DNA of 32,000 bases from Paracoccus suum (lineage in GTDB: Bacteria; Pseudomonadota; Alphaproteobacteria; Rhodobacterales; Rhodobacteraceae), in the NCBI RefSeq assembly GCF_003324675.1, contig NZ_CP030918.1:630001-662000 (forward strand), in the 5' to 3' direction. This document shows, piece after piece, positions 8,013-17,550 of the stretch. Position numbers and translations under genes: made by a program. The notes beneath the pieces are model-generated. The model was not told the origin of the DNA and made no database searches. It was given only the letters and a program-made list of their open reading frames with translations. Numbering within the stretch: position 1 is the first letter of the stretch; the number at the start of each line of letters is the position of its first letter.

Positions 8013-9209
8013 CTAAGCATGGCTTTCCGTCGGCAGGGCGGCCTCGACAGCCGTCGCGGCCCGGTCCAGCCGCGCAACCGCCTCGGCGATCTCGTCCTCG
8101 GTGATGGTCAGCGGCGGCAGCAGGCGCAGGGTGTTGTCCGCGGCGGCGACGGTCAGCAGGTGCTGGTCATAGCCCGCCTTGACCAGATCGGTCGGCGCGA
8201 CCCGGCAGCGCAGGCCCAGCATCAGGCCTTGGCCGCGCACGGCCTCGAACACCGCGGGGTGAGCCGCGACAAGCCCTTCGAGCCGCTGGCGCAGCAGCGC
8301 GCCCTTGCGCCCGACCTCGGCCAGAAACTCCGGTTCCGCGACGATGCCCATGACCGCGGTGCCGACGGCGCAGGCCAGCGGGTTGCCGCCATAGGTGCTG
8401 CCATGGCTGCCGGCCGTCATCGGCAGCGCTGCCTTTTCGGTGGCCAGCACCGCGCCGAGGGGGAAGCCCCCGCCGATGCCCTTGGCGACCATCATGATAT
8501 CGGGCGCGATGCCGGCCCATTCATGCGCGAACAGCCGGCCGGTGCGGCCCATGCCCGATTGCACCTCGTCCAGCACCAGCAGCGCGCCGGTGCTGTCGCA
8601 CAGGGCGCGGATCTCGCGCAGGTCGGCATCGGGCATGACGCGGATGCCGCCCTCGCCCTGCACCGGCTCCAGCATGACGGCGGCGGTCTGGGGGCCGATT
8701 GCGGCCTTCAACGCCGCTATGTCGCCCCAAGGCAGCTGGCGGAAACCGGGCATCAAGGGGCCATAGCCCTTGACCATCTTCTCGGAGCCCGCGGCGGCGA
8801 TCGCGCCGGTCGAGCGGCCGTGGAAGGCGCCCTCGAAGGTCAGGATCTCGATCCGCTCGGGCTCACCGGCGGCGTCCCAGTACTTGCGCACCATCTTGAT
8901 CGCCAGTTCGGCCGCCTCGGTGCCCGAGTTGGTAAAGAAAACGGTGTCGGCGAAGGTGGCCTCGACCAGCATTTCGGCGAGCCGTTCCTGCTGGGGGATG
9001 CGGTAGATATTGCTGACATGCCAGATGCGGCTGGCCTGGTCGGTCAGCGCGGCGACCAGCGCCGGATTGGCGTGACCCAGCGCGTTCACCGCAATCCCGG
9101 CGCCGAGGTCCAGATAGCGCGTCCCATCCTCGGCAATCGCCCAGGCACCCTCGCCGCGTTCAAACGCCAGGTCGGCGCGATTATAGGTCGGCAGGATGGC
9201 GTCGATCAT
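8013..9209 (-). CDS. argD: Acetylornithine (class III, PLP-dependent) aminotransferase
   Basis: MIDAILPTYNRADLAFERGEG…, TNSGTEA, LDEVQSGMGRTG and STYGGNP. It lies directly upstream of argF. Start at ATG 9209, preceded by AAGGGA. Confidence 0.9.
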   Translation of the reverse strand: MIDAILPTYNRADLAFERGEGAWAIAEDGTRYLDLGAGIAVNALGHANPALVAALTDQASRIWHVSNIYRIPQQERLAEMLVEATFADTVFFTNSGTEAAELAIKMVRKYWDAAGEPERIEILTFEGAFHGRSTGAIAAAGSEKMVKGYGPLMPGFRQLPWGDIAALKAAIGPQTAAVMLEPVQGEGGIRVMPDADLREIRALCDSTGALLVLDEVQSGMGRTGRLFAHEWAGIAPDIMMVAKGIGGGFPLGAVLATEKAALPMTAGSHGSTYGGNPLACAVGTAVMGIVAEPEFLAEVGRKGALLRQRLEGLVAAHPAVFEAVRGQGLMLGLRCRVAPTDLVKAGYDQHLLTVAAADNTLRLLPPLTITEDEIAEAVARLDRAATAVEAALPTESHA

Positions 9210-9363
9210 GGCGGTCCCTTGCGGTAGAGGGCGCGGCGGGCCGGCATGGGCCCCGGCGGGGCTTGCCAATGCGCCGGCGCGACGTTTTCAGGCGCGGCTT
9301 GCAGTCGGTTTGCACGGTTAGCGCGGGCGGACGCATGACGCAATCCTCCGCCCCGGGCGGGCG

Positions 9364-10191
9364 TCAGGCCTTCATCCGATAGCCGGATCGCAGCCACCAC
9401 CAGCCAAGGCCCAGCACCACCGCCAGCGCGAGCAGGCAGACCCCCAGCCCGAGGACGGGCGAGGCGTCGCTGACCCCGGCAAAGCCGTAGCGCGCCCCGT
9501 CGATCAGGTAAAAGATAGGGTTGGCGTGGCTGAAAGCGCGGAACGCCGGCGGCAGCGCTTCGACCGAATAGAACGTGCCCGACAGGAACGACAGGGGCGT
9601 CACGATGAAGTTGGTGATCGCCGCCATCTGGTCGAACTTTTGCGCGATGATCCCGGCGAGGATCCCGAGGCCGCCCATCAGCAGTGCGCCCAGCACGACG
9701 AAGGTGATCGCCCACAGCGGATGCGCGACGCCAAAGCCGAGCGTCACGGCCATGCCTAGCGTGATGACCGAGGCGACCAGTCCAGCCCGTATGACAGATC
9801 CTGCGAGGTAGCCGGCCAATATCTCGCCGGCCGACAGGGGCGGCATCAACGTGTCGACGATATTGCCCTGCATCTTGGCCGAGATGATCGAGGACGAGGT
9901 GTTGGCAAAGGCGTTCTGGATCACGGTCATCATCAGGACGCCCGGCCCAAGGAAGGCAAGGTAAGGCAGCCCCATTACCTCGCCCCGGCCGCGCCCGAGG
10001 GCCAGCGCGAAGACCATGACGAATAGCCCTGCCGTCATCAGCGGGGCAAAGATGGTCTGCTGCCAGACCGCCATGAACCGGCGAACCTCGCGCATGGCCA
10101 GCGTCCACAGGCCGAGCCAGTTGATCATTCCGAACCGGCGCACGCCCATGGGGCGCTGGTCAGCCGTTGCGTCAGCTTGCCTTGAAGTCAT
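9364..10191 (-). CDS. ABC-2 type transporter permease (YadH/NodJ-like), 275 aa
   Basis: Six predicted hydrophobic segments and the ABC-2 permease pattern (…FLGPGVLMMTVIQNAFANTSSSIISAKMQGNIVDTLMPPLS…NPIFYLIDGARYGF…). The start is uncertain; M14 or M22 are possible. Confidence 0.8.
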   Translation of the reverse strand: MTSRQADATADQRPMGVRRFGMINWLGLWTLAMREVRRFMAVWQQTIFAPLMTAGLFVMVFALALGRGRGEVMGLPYLAFLGPGVLMMTVIQNAFANTSSSIISAKMQGNIVDTLMPPLSAGEILAGYLAGSVIRAGLVASVITLGMAVTLGFGVAHPLWAITFVVLGALLMGGLGILAGIIAQKFDQMAAITNFIVTPLSFLSGTFYSVEALPPAFRAFSHANPIFYLIDGARYGFAGVSDASPVLGLGVCLLALAVVLGLGWWWLRSGYRMKA

Positions 10192-10264
10192 GTGTTCGTG
10201 GGGATATATCCGGGCATCCCGGTTCTTAGACCGGGCCAGCCGAAAACATGCAAGGGTGGGCGCG

Positions 10265-10855
10265 ATGTCGTGGACCGACGAGCGGGTCGAAACGCTGAAG
10301 CGGATGTGGACCGAGGGTCAGTCGGCCAGCCAGATCGCCAAGGAACTTGGCGGTGTCACGCGCAACGCCGTGATCGGCAAGGTCCATCGGTTGGGCCTGT
10401 CGAACCGCACCGAGGAAGGTGAGGCCGCCCCCGAGGCGCCGGCCGCTGCCGCCGCGCCCGCAGCCGCCGCTGCATCTGCGCCCGAGGCGCCGCGCCACGA
10501 GCCCGTGGCGGCCAAGTCCGCCCCCGAGCCGGAGCCCGAGGCCGAACCCGCACCGGTCGCGACCTTTACCCCGCGGCGGCCGATCGTGCCCGCAGGCCAG
10601 CCGCTGCCGCCCCAACCCTCGGCCAACGAAATCAGCCCCGAGGCCCTCGCCTCGGTCCGCGAGGTCGAAAAGCGCGCCCGCAAGCTGACCCTGATGGAGT
10701 TGACCGAGCGGACCTGCAAATGGCCGATCGGCGATCCGGCGACGGAAAAGTTCTGGTTCTGCGGCCTCCCCTCGCAGGCGGGCAAGCCCTATTGCGAGGC
10801 CCATGTCGGTGTCGCCTTCCAGCCGATGAGCGCGAGGCGCGACCGCCGCCGCTGA
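10265..10855 (+). CDS. gcrA: Cell-cycle transcriptional regulator GcrA (196 aa)
   Basis: MSWTDERVETLKRMWTEGQSASQIAKELGGVTRNAVIGKVHRLGL at the N-terminus, an Ala/Pro/Glu-rich linker, and the C-terminal CKWPIGDP…FCG…PYCEAH motif. The in-frame ATG at 10265 lies within track ORF 10016..10855. Confidence 0.92.
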   Translation: MSWTDERVETLKRMWTEGQSASQIAKELGGVTRNAVIGKVHRLGLSNRTEEGEAAPEAPAAAAAPAAAAASAPEAPRHEPVAAKSAPEPEPEAEPAPVATFTPRRPIVPAGQPLPPQPSANEISPEALASVREVEKRARKLTLMELTERTCKWPIGDPATEKFWFCGLPSQAGKPYCEAHVGVAFQPMSARRDRRR

Positions 10856-10888
10856 CACCGGCCTGCCAGACCTGGAGACACCGATGGC

Positions 10889-13315
10889 TCAGCCCCAAAG
10901 CTGGGCCATTTTCTTGATCGCGGCGGGCAGGCTTGCCGGGGCCGGCACGCCGACATTGTCCCAGTTGCCCTCGGCCAGGGCGCGTTTCATGTCATAGGCA
11001 TTGGCACCCGGCGCATCCTCGAGCGCCTGCCACGACAGCGGGAACGCGACCGTTGCCCCCGGCCGCGCCCGGACCGAAAAGGGCGCGATGGCGGTCGAGC
11101 CGCGCTCGTTGCGCAGGTAGTCGATAAAGATGCGCCCGCTGCGCTTGGCCTTGGACATGTTGGCCAGATAACGGTCCGGCCAGCGCTCGGCGCAGTGCGA
11201 GGCCACCGTATGCGAGAACAGCTTGACCGTGTCCCACCCGACCGTGCGGCGCAGCGGGATCACCACATGCACGCCCTTGCCGCCGGTCAGCATGGGCCAA
11301 CTCGGCAGGCCCAGTTCTGCCAGTACGTCCCGCATCTCGAACGCGGCAGTGCGCACCTTTTCCCAATCGAGGCCCTCATCCGGGTCGAGGTCGAATACCA
11401 TGCGGTCGGGGCGGTCCAGATTGTCGCGGCGGCTGCCCCAGATGTGAAACTCGACCGTCCCCATCTGCACCGCGCCGACCAGGCCCGCAGCGTCGGTGAC
11501 GTACATGTAGTCCTCGACGCCGGACGAGGTCTCGACCGGGACCGGCTTCAGCGACTTTGGCCAACCCTTGCGCAGGTGCTTTTGAAAGAAGGCCTGCCCG
11601 CCCAACCCGTCCGGCAGGCGCACGAGCGACAATGGCCGGTTCGCCGTCATCGGCAGCATACGGTCGGCAATATCGGCGTAATACTGGGCCAACTCCAGCT
11701 TGGTCGGGCCTTTGGGCGGGAACAGCACCCGTTCGGGGTGCGAGACGCCGATGGTGGCGACGATGACGCGCTCGCCGTCGCTGACGGTTGTGGGGGCCTC
11801 GCTATCCATCACGACCTCCTCGGCGGGCTTGTCCTCGCGCAGCCCGACATAGGCGGCGTGGCGCAATTGGCCATCATCGGTCACCTCGCCATAGCGAATC
11901 TCGACCGTCAACTGTGGCTTGACCCAGACCGCACCGCGCGCATCCGCCGGGCGCTTGTCCAGCACCATCGGCGCTTTCAGGCGCTCCAGCCGGGCGGCCA
12001 GATCGGCCTGCGTGGCCATGTCGAACCCGGTGCCCACCTTGCCGCGATAGATCCATTTGCCGCCCTCATGCGTGCCCAGCAGCAGGGACGAGAACTCGCG
12101 CCCGCGCTTGTCAGACGGCTGCCAGCCCAGGACCACAAACTCGGCCCGGCGCTCGCATTTGGTCTTCAGCCAGGCGGTCGTGCGCCCGCTGCGCCAAGGC
12201 GAGTCGCTGCGCTTGCTGACGATCCCCTCGCCGCCGGCCTCGCAGATCGGCGCCAGCACTTCCGCGCCGTCGCCATCGATCACGGTCGACAGCTCGATCA
12301 GCCCCATGGGGGGCGCGTCCTTCAGCAGCGCCTCAAGCGCCTTGCGCCGCTTGCTCAGCGGCTCGTCCCGCAGGTCACAGCCATCGCGCTCAAGCAGGTC
12401 GAAGGCATAGAACCGGAACGGGCCGCCCTCGCCGATGGCACGTTGCAGCGCACCAAAACCGCCCAGGTCGGCGCCGGCCACGACCTCGCCATCAATCAGC
12501 GCGGTCTTGGCGGGCAGTTCCTCAAAGGCGGGCAGCAGCGATTCAAAACGGTCCGACCAGTCGAGGCCGGACCGGGTGCGGAACCGCGCCCCCTCCGCGC
12601 CGATCTGGATCTGGCCGCGATAGCCGTCGAACTTCAGTTCGTGCCACCAGCCATCCGCGCCCGGGGCATCCTTGACCAGCGTTGGCAGCATCGGCGCCTC
12701 GAATGCCGGCGCGGGCGCCTTGCGGGGCGGGCCAAAGGGCCGCGGCTCGGCATCAGCGGCGATCTGGGCGTGATCGCGATTTGTCAGCACCGAGCTGGTG
12801 TACCGCGCGACCGGATCGGGCTGATGCGCGGCCGCGTCCTCCTGCTTGATCAGCAACCAGTTCTCACGGCCCTTGTCGGAGGGCTTGCCCTTGATGCGCA
12901 CCAAGTGCCACTCGCCCGTCAGGCGCCGGCCGATGATCCGCAGCCGCAAGTGGCCCTTGGCAAGGCCGCGGTCGATGTCGTCGACCGGCTGCCACGTGCC
13001 GATGTCCCACAGCATGACGACCCCGGCGCCGTAATTGCCGGCCGGAATGGTGCCCTCGAAGCGCAGATAATCCAGCGGATGATCCTCGGTCCGCACGGCC
13101 AGCCGCTTGTCGGCCGGGTCCAGCGACGGCCCGCGCGTCACTGCCCAGCTGAGCAGCACGCCCCCCCATTCCAGCCGCAAATCGTAATGCAGCCGCGTCG
13201 CGTCGTGGCACTGCATGGAATAATGCAGCCCCAGCCCCCGCGGCCTTGCGACGCCCGCAGGTTCGGGCGTGTCGCCGAAATTGCGTTTGGATCGATAGGT
13301 GGCGAGCGATTCCAT
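10889..13315 (-). CDS. ligD: Multidomain NHEJ DNA ligase LigD (phosphoesterase - ATP-dependent ligase - polymerase/primase), 808 aa
   Basis: N-terminal PE domain (YRSKRNFGDTPEP…HDATRLHYDLRLE), ligase motif I (ELKFDGYR), and a C-terminal Pol domain (MVFDLDPDEG, TGGKGVHVVIP). The ATG overlaps the ku TGA (TGATG at 13317-13313). Confidence 0.92.
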   Translation of the reverse strand: MESLATYRSKRNFGDTPEPAGVARPRGLGLHYSMQCHDATRLHYDLRLEWGGVLLSWAVTRGPSLDPADKRLAVRTEDHPLDYLRFEGTIPAGNYGAGVVMLWDIGTWQPVDDIDRGLAKGHLRLRIIGRRLTGEWHLVRIKGKPSDKGRENWLLIKQEDAAAHQPDPVARYTSSVLTNRDHAQIAADAEPRPFGPPRKAPAPAFEAPMLPTLVKDAPGADGWWHELKFDGYRGQIQIGAEGARFRTRSGLDWSDRFESLLPAFEELPAKTALIDGEVVAGADLGGFGALQRAIGEGGPFRFYAFDLLERDGCDLRDEPLSKRRKALEALLKDAPPMGLIELSTVIDGDGAEVLAPICEAGGEGIVSKRSDSPWRSGRTTAWLKTKCERRAEFVVLGWQPSDKRGREFSSLLLGTHEGGKWIYRGKVGTGFDMATQADLAARLERLKAPMVLDKRPADARGAVWVKPQLTVEIRYGEVTDDGQLRHAAYVGLREDKPAEEVVMDSEAPTTVSDGERVIVATIGVSHPERVLFPPKGPTKLELAQYYADIADRMLPMTANRPLSLVRLPDGLGGQAFFQKHLRKGWPKSLKPVPVETSSGVEDYMYVTDAAGLVGAVQMGTVEFHIWGSRRDNLDRPDRMVFDLDPDEGLDWEKVRTAAFEMRDVLAELGLPSWPMLTGGKGVHVVIPLRRTVGWDTVKLFSHTVASHCAERWPDRYLANMSKAKRSGRIFIDYLRNERGSTAIAPFSVRARPGATVAFPLSWQALEDAPGANAYDMKRALAEGNWDNVGVPAPASLPAAIKKMAQLWG

Positions 13316-14187
13316 CAGCTGGCCTTCTTGGCGGCCGCCCTGCTGGCTGCCGGTTTCCTGGCGGATTTGGCCGGGGCCTTGGCCTTGTCACCGCCCGCGG
13401 ACTTCAGGCTTTCCTTCAGTGCTGCCATCAGGTCGACGACATTGGTGCCCTTGGACGGGCCCTCGGTATCATCGCTGGTCCGGGCGCGCTTGACCTTGCC
13501 GGACTTGCGCTTTTCCTCGATCAGCGCGCGCAGAGCGGTGTCGTAGTGATCGGTAAAAGCGTCGGCCTTAAAGGGTGCCGTCTTTTTCTCGATCAACTGG
13601 GTCGCGACGGCCAGCAGGTCCTCGTCCGGGTCATCGTCGCCGATCTCGGCGAACAGCGGGTCGGCCTTTCGGATCTCCTCGGCGTAATACAGCGTCTCCA
13701 TCAACAGGCCGTCACCGCAGGGCTTGACTGCGCACAGGCTCTCGCGCCCGCGCAGGGTCAGCTGCCCGAGGCCGATTTTTTCCGTCCTGCGCAGCGCGTC
13801 GCGCACGACCTTGTAGGCATCCTCAGCGAGTTCGTCGGTGGGAACGATGTAATAAGGCTTCTCGAAATAGAGGGGGGGGATCTCGCAGGCGCCGACGAAC
13901 TGGACCAGTTCAAAGGTCTTTTTGGTCTCCAACCGGATGGCGTCGATTTCCGACGGCTCGAGCAGCATGTATTCGTTGTCGCCGACCTCGTAGCCCTTCA
14001 TGATCTCGTCGGCCTTGACCGGGCCGACGCCGGCGACGGTCTTTTCATACCGCACCGGCTTGCCTGTGGGACCGTGAATCTGGCGAAAGCTGATGGCCCG
14101 GCCCGATTGCGTGGCACTGTGAATCTCGATCGGAATCGACACCAGGGACAGGCGCAACTGTCCCTTCCAGATCGCACGCGAGGCCAT
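13315..14187 (-). CDS. ku: Ku DNA end-binding protein (290 aa) with a Lys/Ala-rich C-terminal tail
   Basis: MASRAIWKGQLRLSLVSIPIEIHSAT…FEKPYYIVP… is a typical bacterial Ku. Start at ATG 14187, preceded by AAAGGAA. Confidence 0.9.
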   Translation of the reverse strand: MASRAIWKGQLRLSLVSIPIEIHSATQSGRAISFRQIHGPTGKPVRYEKTVAGVGPVKADEIMKGYEVGDNEYMLLEPSEIDAIRLETKKTFELVQFVGACEIPPLYFEKPYYIVPTDELAEDAYKVVRDALRRTEKIGLGQLTLRGRESLCAVKPCGDGLLMETLYYAEEIRKADPLFAEIGDDDPDEDLLAVATQLIEKKTAPFKADAFTDHYDTALRALIEEKRKSGKVKRARTSDDTEGPSKGTNVVDLMAALKESLKSAGGDKAKAPAKSARKPAASRAAAKKAS

Positions 14188-14367
14188 GGCGGTTCCTTTC
14201 GATGGACAATGGGCAACGCACATCCCGCGCGGCGGTTTCGCCCGATCGGCACGGGGGAGCAGATTCCCGAGCGCCGCCAGCGCGGGCTATCCAAAGCCCG
14301 GTACCCGAAGGCCAACCATTTGAAGTTAGCTAAAGTTCCGCCCGGGGGTGCGCCGCCGAGGCGTCGG

Positions 14368-15150
14368 TCAGAACGCGACCTTGACCCCGGGCAGGTTCAG
14401 CGCGGTAATCAGGTCGCGCAATTCCTGCCGGGCGGCGATGTTCGACATCGAAAGTTGCGCCGTGCCAACGTCCTTGAGGTCCAGCAGCGTCAGGCCGCGC
14501 GGGAACAATTCGCGAAAGATCACCCGCTCGGCAAAGCCTGGCGCCACGCGAAAGCCGATGCGCTTGGACAGGTTCTGCAGCGCCGCGCCGACCTTACGCT
14601 TGTTGTGCATCTCGGTGGTGCCGAGACGGTTGCGCAGCACGATCCAGTCGATCGGGCCCGCGCCGGCCTGCCCCCGCATCTGCCGCGCTGTCCAGACCAT
14701 CTCCGCATAGATCGACGGGCCCAGCACCTTGCCGTCCGGGTTCAGCCGCGCCAGCAGGTCGAAATCGATGAAGCTGTCGTTCATGGGCGTGACCAGCGTG
14801 TCGGCCAGCGTATGCGCCATCTGGCTCAGCCGGGTATGGCTGCCCGGACAGTCGAGGATGATGAAATCGCTCTCGCCCTCCAGCTCGGCCATGGCAGCCG
14901 ACAGGGGGTCGGTGTCGTCGGTGCTGCGCGCCTCGAGGATGCCGAGGCGCGGGGTGGGAAGGGCCAGCCCCTCGCGCGCGGAGAAGGCCGCGCGGTTTTC
15001 CAGGTAGCGGCCAAAGCTGCGCTGCCGCACGTCGAGGTCCAGCGCGCCCACCCGGTGCCCCATCCGCGCCAGCGCAGTCGCGACATGCATTGAGGTGGTG
15101 GACTTGCCCGACCCACCCTTTTCGTTGCCGATGACGATGATATGCGCCAC
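14368..15150 (-). CDS. mipZ: ParA-like division-site positioning ATPase MipZ (260 aa)
   Basis: AHIIVIGNEKGGSGKSTTSMH (deviant Walker A), LDLDVRQRSF, TPMNDSFIDFDLL, WIVLRNRL and RVIFRELFPRGLT are, from memory, collinear with Caulobacter MipZ. Start taken as GTG 15150, 8 nt after GGGAGG. The 39 extra N-terminal codons of the track ORF are not supported. Confidence 0.85.
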   Translation of the reverse strand: MAHIIVIGNEKGGSGKSTTSMHVATALARMGHRVGALDLDVRQRSFGRYLENRAAFSAREGLALPTPRLGILEARSTDDTDPLSAAMAELEGESDFIILDCPGSHTRLSQMAHTLADTLVTPMNDSFIDFDLLARLNPDGKVLGPSIYAEMVWTARQMRGQAGAGPIDWIVLRNRLGTTEMHNKRKVGAALQNLSKRIGFRVAPGFAERVIFRELFPRGLTLLDLKDVGTAQLSMSNIAARQELRDLITALNLPGVKVAF

Positions 15151-15294
15151 GCCACGGACCTCCCTGCGACGGCGGGACCCTAGACGCACGAAAGCGTGTG
15201 GGAAAGCCGCCCGATATCGAAAGCTGTGGACAGACGGCGTGATCAGCGGAGGGCGGCTTTCGCGCATGTCCCCGGCAGATACCGTCCTTCAGTC

Positions 15295-15329
15295 ACAAAC
15301 CAAAAGCGCCGCCCCATCGGGGCGGCGCT
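15295..15329 (-). terminator. Rho-independent terminator ending the ffh…rplS-rpmE operon
   Basis: On the minus strand: AGCGCCGCCCC-GAU-GGGGCGGCGCU (11-bp perfect stem) followed by UUUGGUUUGUG. It starts 22 nt after the rpmE stop. Confidence 0.85.
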
Positions 15330-15351
15330 GCTATCTGCCAAGGGCCGGGCT

Positions 15352-15573
15352 TCAGAAGCCGAGGCCCGCGTATTTGTTCTTGAACTTGGACACGCGCCCG
15401 CCGGAGTCCATCAGCTTGGCGTTGCCGCCAGTCCAGGCCGGGTGCACCGTCGGGTCGATGTCGAGGGTCATGGTGTCGCCCTCTTTGCCCCAGGTCGAGC
15501 GGACCTGATAGGTGGTGCCGTCGGTCATCTTGACGGTGATCATGTGGTATTCGGGATGAATATCGCTGCGCAT
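15352..15573 (-). CDS. rpmE: 50S ribosomal protein L31 (73 aa)
   Basis: [50 protein letters not shown]…VSKFKNKY. The start is 10 nt after the rplS stop, with GAGGG 7 nt upstream. Confidence 0.92.
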   Translation of the reverse strand: MRSDIHPEYHMITVKMTDGTTYQVRSTWGKEGDTMTLDIDPTVHPAWTGGNAKLMDSGGRVSKFKNKYAGLGF

Positions 15574-15583
15574 GGCTGGACCC

Positions 15584-15976
15584 TCAGGCTTTGGCGCCGG
15601 CAGCGCCGGTCTTGGGCTTGTAGTTGGTAACCTCGGCGATGCGGGCAGATTTGCCGCGGCGATCGCGCAGGTAGTACAGCTTGGCGCGGCGAACGCGGCC
15701 GCGGCGGACAACCTCGATACTGTCGATGTTGGTGGCATACAGCGGGAACACCCGCTCGACACCCTCGCCAAAGCTGATCTTGCGCACGGTGAAGCTGGCG
15801 CCGATGCCGGCCCCGCCCTTGCGGCTGATGCAGACGCCTTCGTACATCTGCACGCGGGTGCGAGTGCCCTCGGTCACCTTGTAGCCAACGCGCACGGTGT
15901 CACCGGCCTTGAAATCGGGAATGGTCTTGCCGAGCGCATCGATCTGCTCGGCCTCCAGCTGTGCGATCAGATTCAT
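15584..15976 (-). CDS. rplS: 50S ribosomal protein L19 (130 aa)
   Basis: [56 protein letters not shown]…[28 protein letters not shown]. Confidence 0.93.
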   Translation of the reverse strand: MNLIAQLEAEQIDALGKTIPDFKAGDTVRVGYKVTEGTRTRVQMYEGVCISRKGGAGIGASFTVRKISFGEGVERVFPLYATNIDSIEVVRRGRVRRAKLYYLRDRRGKSARIAEVTNYKPKTGAAGAKA

Positions 15977-15983
15977 CGCGGGT

Positions 15984-16859
15984 TCATCCTTCATCTTGCT
16001 CGCGGTGGTTCCGCGATTGGTGTGATGCGCCCGAGAGCTGTCGGTCCTTTGCCGGGTCGATACCAACCGCATGGCGGTCCTGGTATGCCCGCCACAGGTC
16101 GGGGCGGCGTTCCTTGGTCAGCCTTTCGGCCTCGGCTTGCCGCCAACGGGCAATGGCCGCGTGATTGCCAGAGAGCAGAACCTCGGGCACCGTGCGGCCG
16201 TCCCAGTCGGAAGGCTTCGTATACTGCGGATGTTCGAGAAGACCGTCGGAAAAGGATTCCTCGGCCAGCGAATCGCGATTCCCCAGCACGCGCGGTATAA
16301 GGCGGACGGTCGCATCGATCAAGACCTGCGCCGCTAGCTCGCCGCCGGTCAGGACGTAATCGCCGATGCTGATCTCCTCGATGCCGCGGGCCTGCAGCAC
16401 GCGCTCGTCCACGCCCTCGAAACGCCCGCAGACCAGCGTGACGCCGGGCCCTTCGGCCAGCGCGCGGGCGCGGGCCTGGGTCAGCGGCGCGCCGCGCGGC
16501 GACATGTAGATGACTGGCAGATGCGGCGCGGCCTCGCCCAGCGCTGCGTCGAGGACGTCGGGGCGGATCACCAGCCCGGCGCCGCCGCCCGCCGGCGTGT
16601 CATCGACATTGCGATGCCGCCCCAGGCCATGCTCGCGCAGCGCGATGGTCCGCAGGCTCCACAGCCCCTCGGCCAGAGCCTTGCCGGTCAGCGACAGGCC
16701 GAGCGTGCCGGGAAACGCCTCGGGGAACAGGGTGACGATCTGGGCCATCCATCCGCGGTCGCCCGCGGGCTCGGCCATCAGGTCGCGCGGTTGGGCGCTG
16801 GGGCGGGCATTCAGGCGGCCATGGGATCGGGTCAGGCCTGCACCGTCAGGTTCGCTCAT
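15984..16859 (-). CDS. trmD: tRNA (guanine37-N1)-methyltransferase TrmD
   Basis: [54 protein letters not shown] and [13 protein letters not shown]. The start is uncertain: ATG 16859 was chosen, with GTG 16871, ATG 16778 and ATG 16748 as alternatives. Confidence 0.88.
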   Translation of the reverse strand: MSEPDGAGLTRSHGRLNARPSAQPRDLMAEPAGDRGWMAQIVTLFPEAFPGTLGLSLTGKALAEGLWSLRTIALREHGLGRHRNVDDTPAGGGAGLVIRPDVLDAALGEAAPHLPVIYMSPRGAPLTQARARALAEGPGVTLVCGRFEGVDERVLQARGIEEISIGDYVLTGGELAAQVLIDATVRLIPRVLGNRDSLAEESFSDGLLEHPQYTKPSDWDGRTVPEVLLSGNHAAIARWRQAEAERLTKERRPDLWRAYQDRHAVGIDPAKDRQLSGASHQSRNHREQDEG

Positions 16860-16899
16860 GGCGTCGGCCACGTCTCAGGGCGCAGTTGCGCCAAGCGGC

Positions 16900-17415
16900 T
16901 CATTCGTCGCTCTCGGGCGGGTCTGCCACGATGCGGCCCACGGCCAGATCGACCGTCGGCACGACTGCGCGGGTAAACGGCAGCAGCAGAACGCCCTTGG
17001 GTCCTGCCACCTCGATGATGTCGCCCGCGCCGTGGTCGTGAATGGCGCGCACGCGGCCCAACTCTGCCCCGCCAGGATCGCTGACCAGCAGGCCGATCAG
17101 GTCGGCGTGGTAAAACTCGTCATCGGGCAGCGAAGGCAGCCGCGCGCGATCTGCCCACAGGGTCACACCCTTGGCCGCCTCGGCCTGATCGCGGTTGCTG
17201 ATCCCCGACAGCCGCGCCCCGAGACCGCCCGTCACGGGACGAGTCAGGCGCACGGTAAAGCTGCGGCTGCCATCCTCGCTGGTCAGCGGGCCATAGCTGG
17301 CGATATCGGACGGGGTCGCGCAAAAACTTTTCAGCCGCACCTCGCCCTGTACGCCAAAGGCGCCGGCGATGGCACCGACGCAGATGCGGGCTTCTTTGCG
17401 ATCCGCCTCAGCCAT
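16900..17415 (-). CDS. rimM: 16S rRNA processing protein RimM (171 aa)
   Basis: [21 protein letters not shown]…[11 protein letters not shown]…, and its conserved position between rpsP and trmD. Confidence 0.88.
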   Translation of the reverse strand: MAEADRKEARICVGAIAGAFGVQGEVRLKSFCATPSDIASYGPLTSEDGSRSFTVRLTRPVTGGLGARLSGISNRDQAEAAKGVTLWADRARLPSLPDDEFYHADLIGLLVSDPGGAELGRVRAIHDHGAGDIIEVAGPKGVLLLPFTRAVVPTVDLAVGRIVADPPESDE

Positions 17416-17550
17416 GGCGGGGACAAATCGCGGAAGGCGAAGACATGCGCCGCCCCGCCGGTGCGGGACGTCGCGCCGATTGCAAGCGTGATGACGTCAG
17501 CGCGCGCCCCCCGTTTCGGGCGCAGGCGCCGGTCCGGGGGGCGGCCGGGA

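Noticed and set aside
7686-9227. 513-aa plus-strand ORF opposite argD (and 7100..8104 opposite argF)
   Set aside because: Antisense shadows with low-complexity translations.
10420-10560. GCC/GCG-rich quasi-repetitive DNA (runs of GCCGCC…) that might be taken for a tandem repeat
   Set aside because: It encodes the Ala/Pro/Glu-rich interdomain linker of GcrA. It is in frame and typical for this protein.
14188-14367. Search for an alphaproteobacterial SOS box (GTTC-N7-GTTC) or other operator upstream of ku; 8-bp palindrome TTAGCTAA noted
   Set aside because: Only one GTTC half-site is present, overlapping the ku SD region. The TTAGCTAA palindrome is too short to interpret.
11195-15093. 783-aa (11195..13546) and 615-aa (13246..15093) plus-strand ORFs
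   Set aside because: These are antisense to ligD, ku and mipZ, all of which have strong family signatures. The plus-strand translations are Arg/Gly/Ala/Leu-rich with no motifs.
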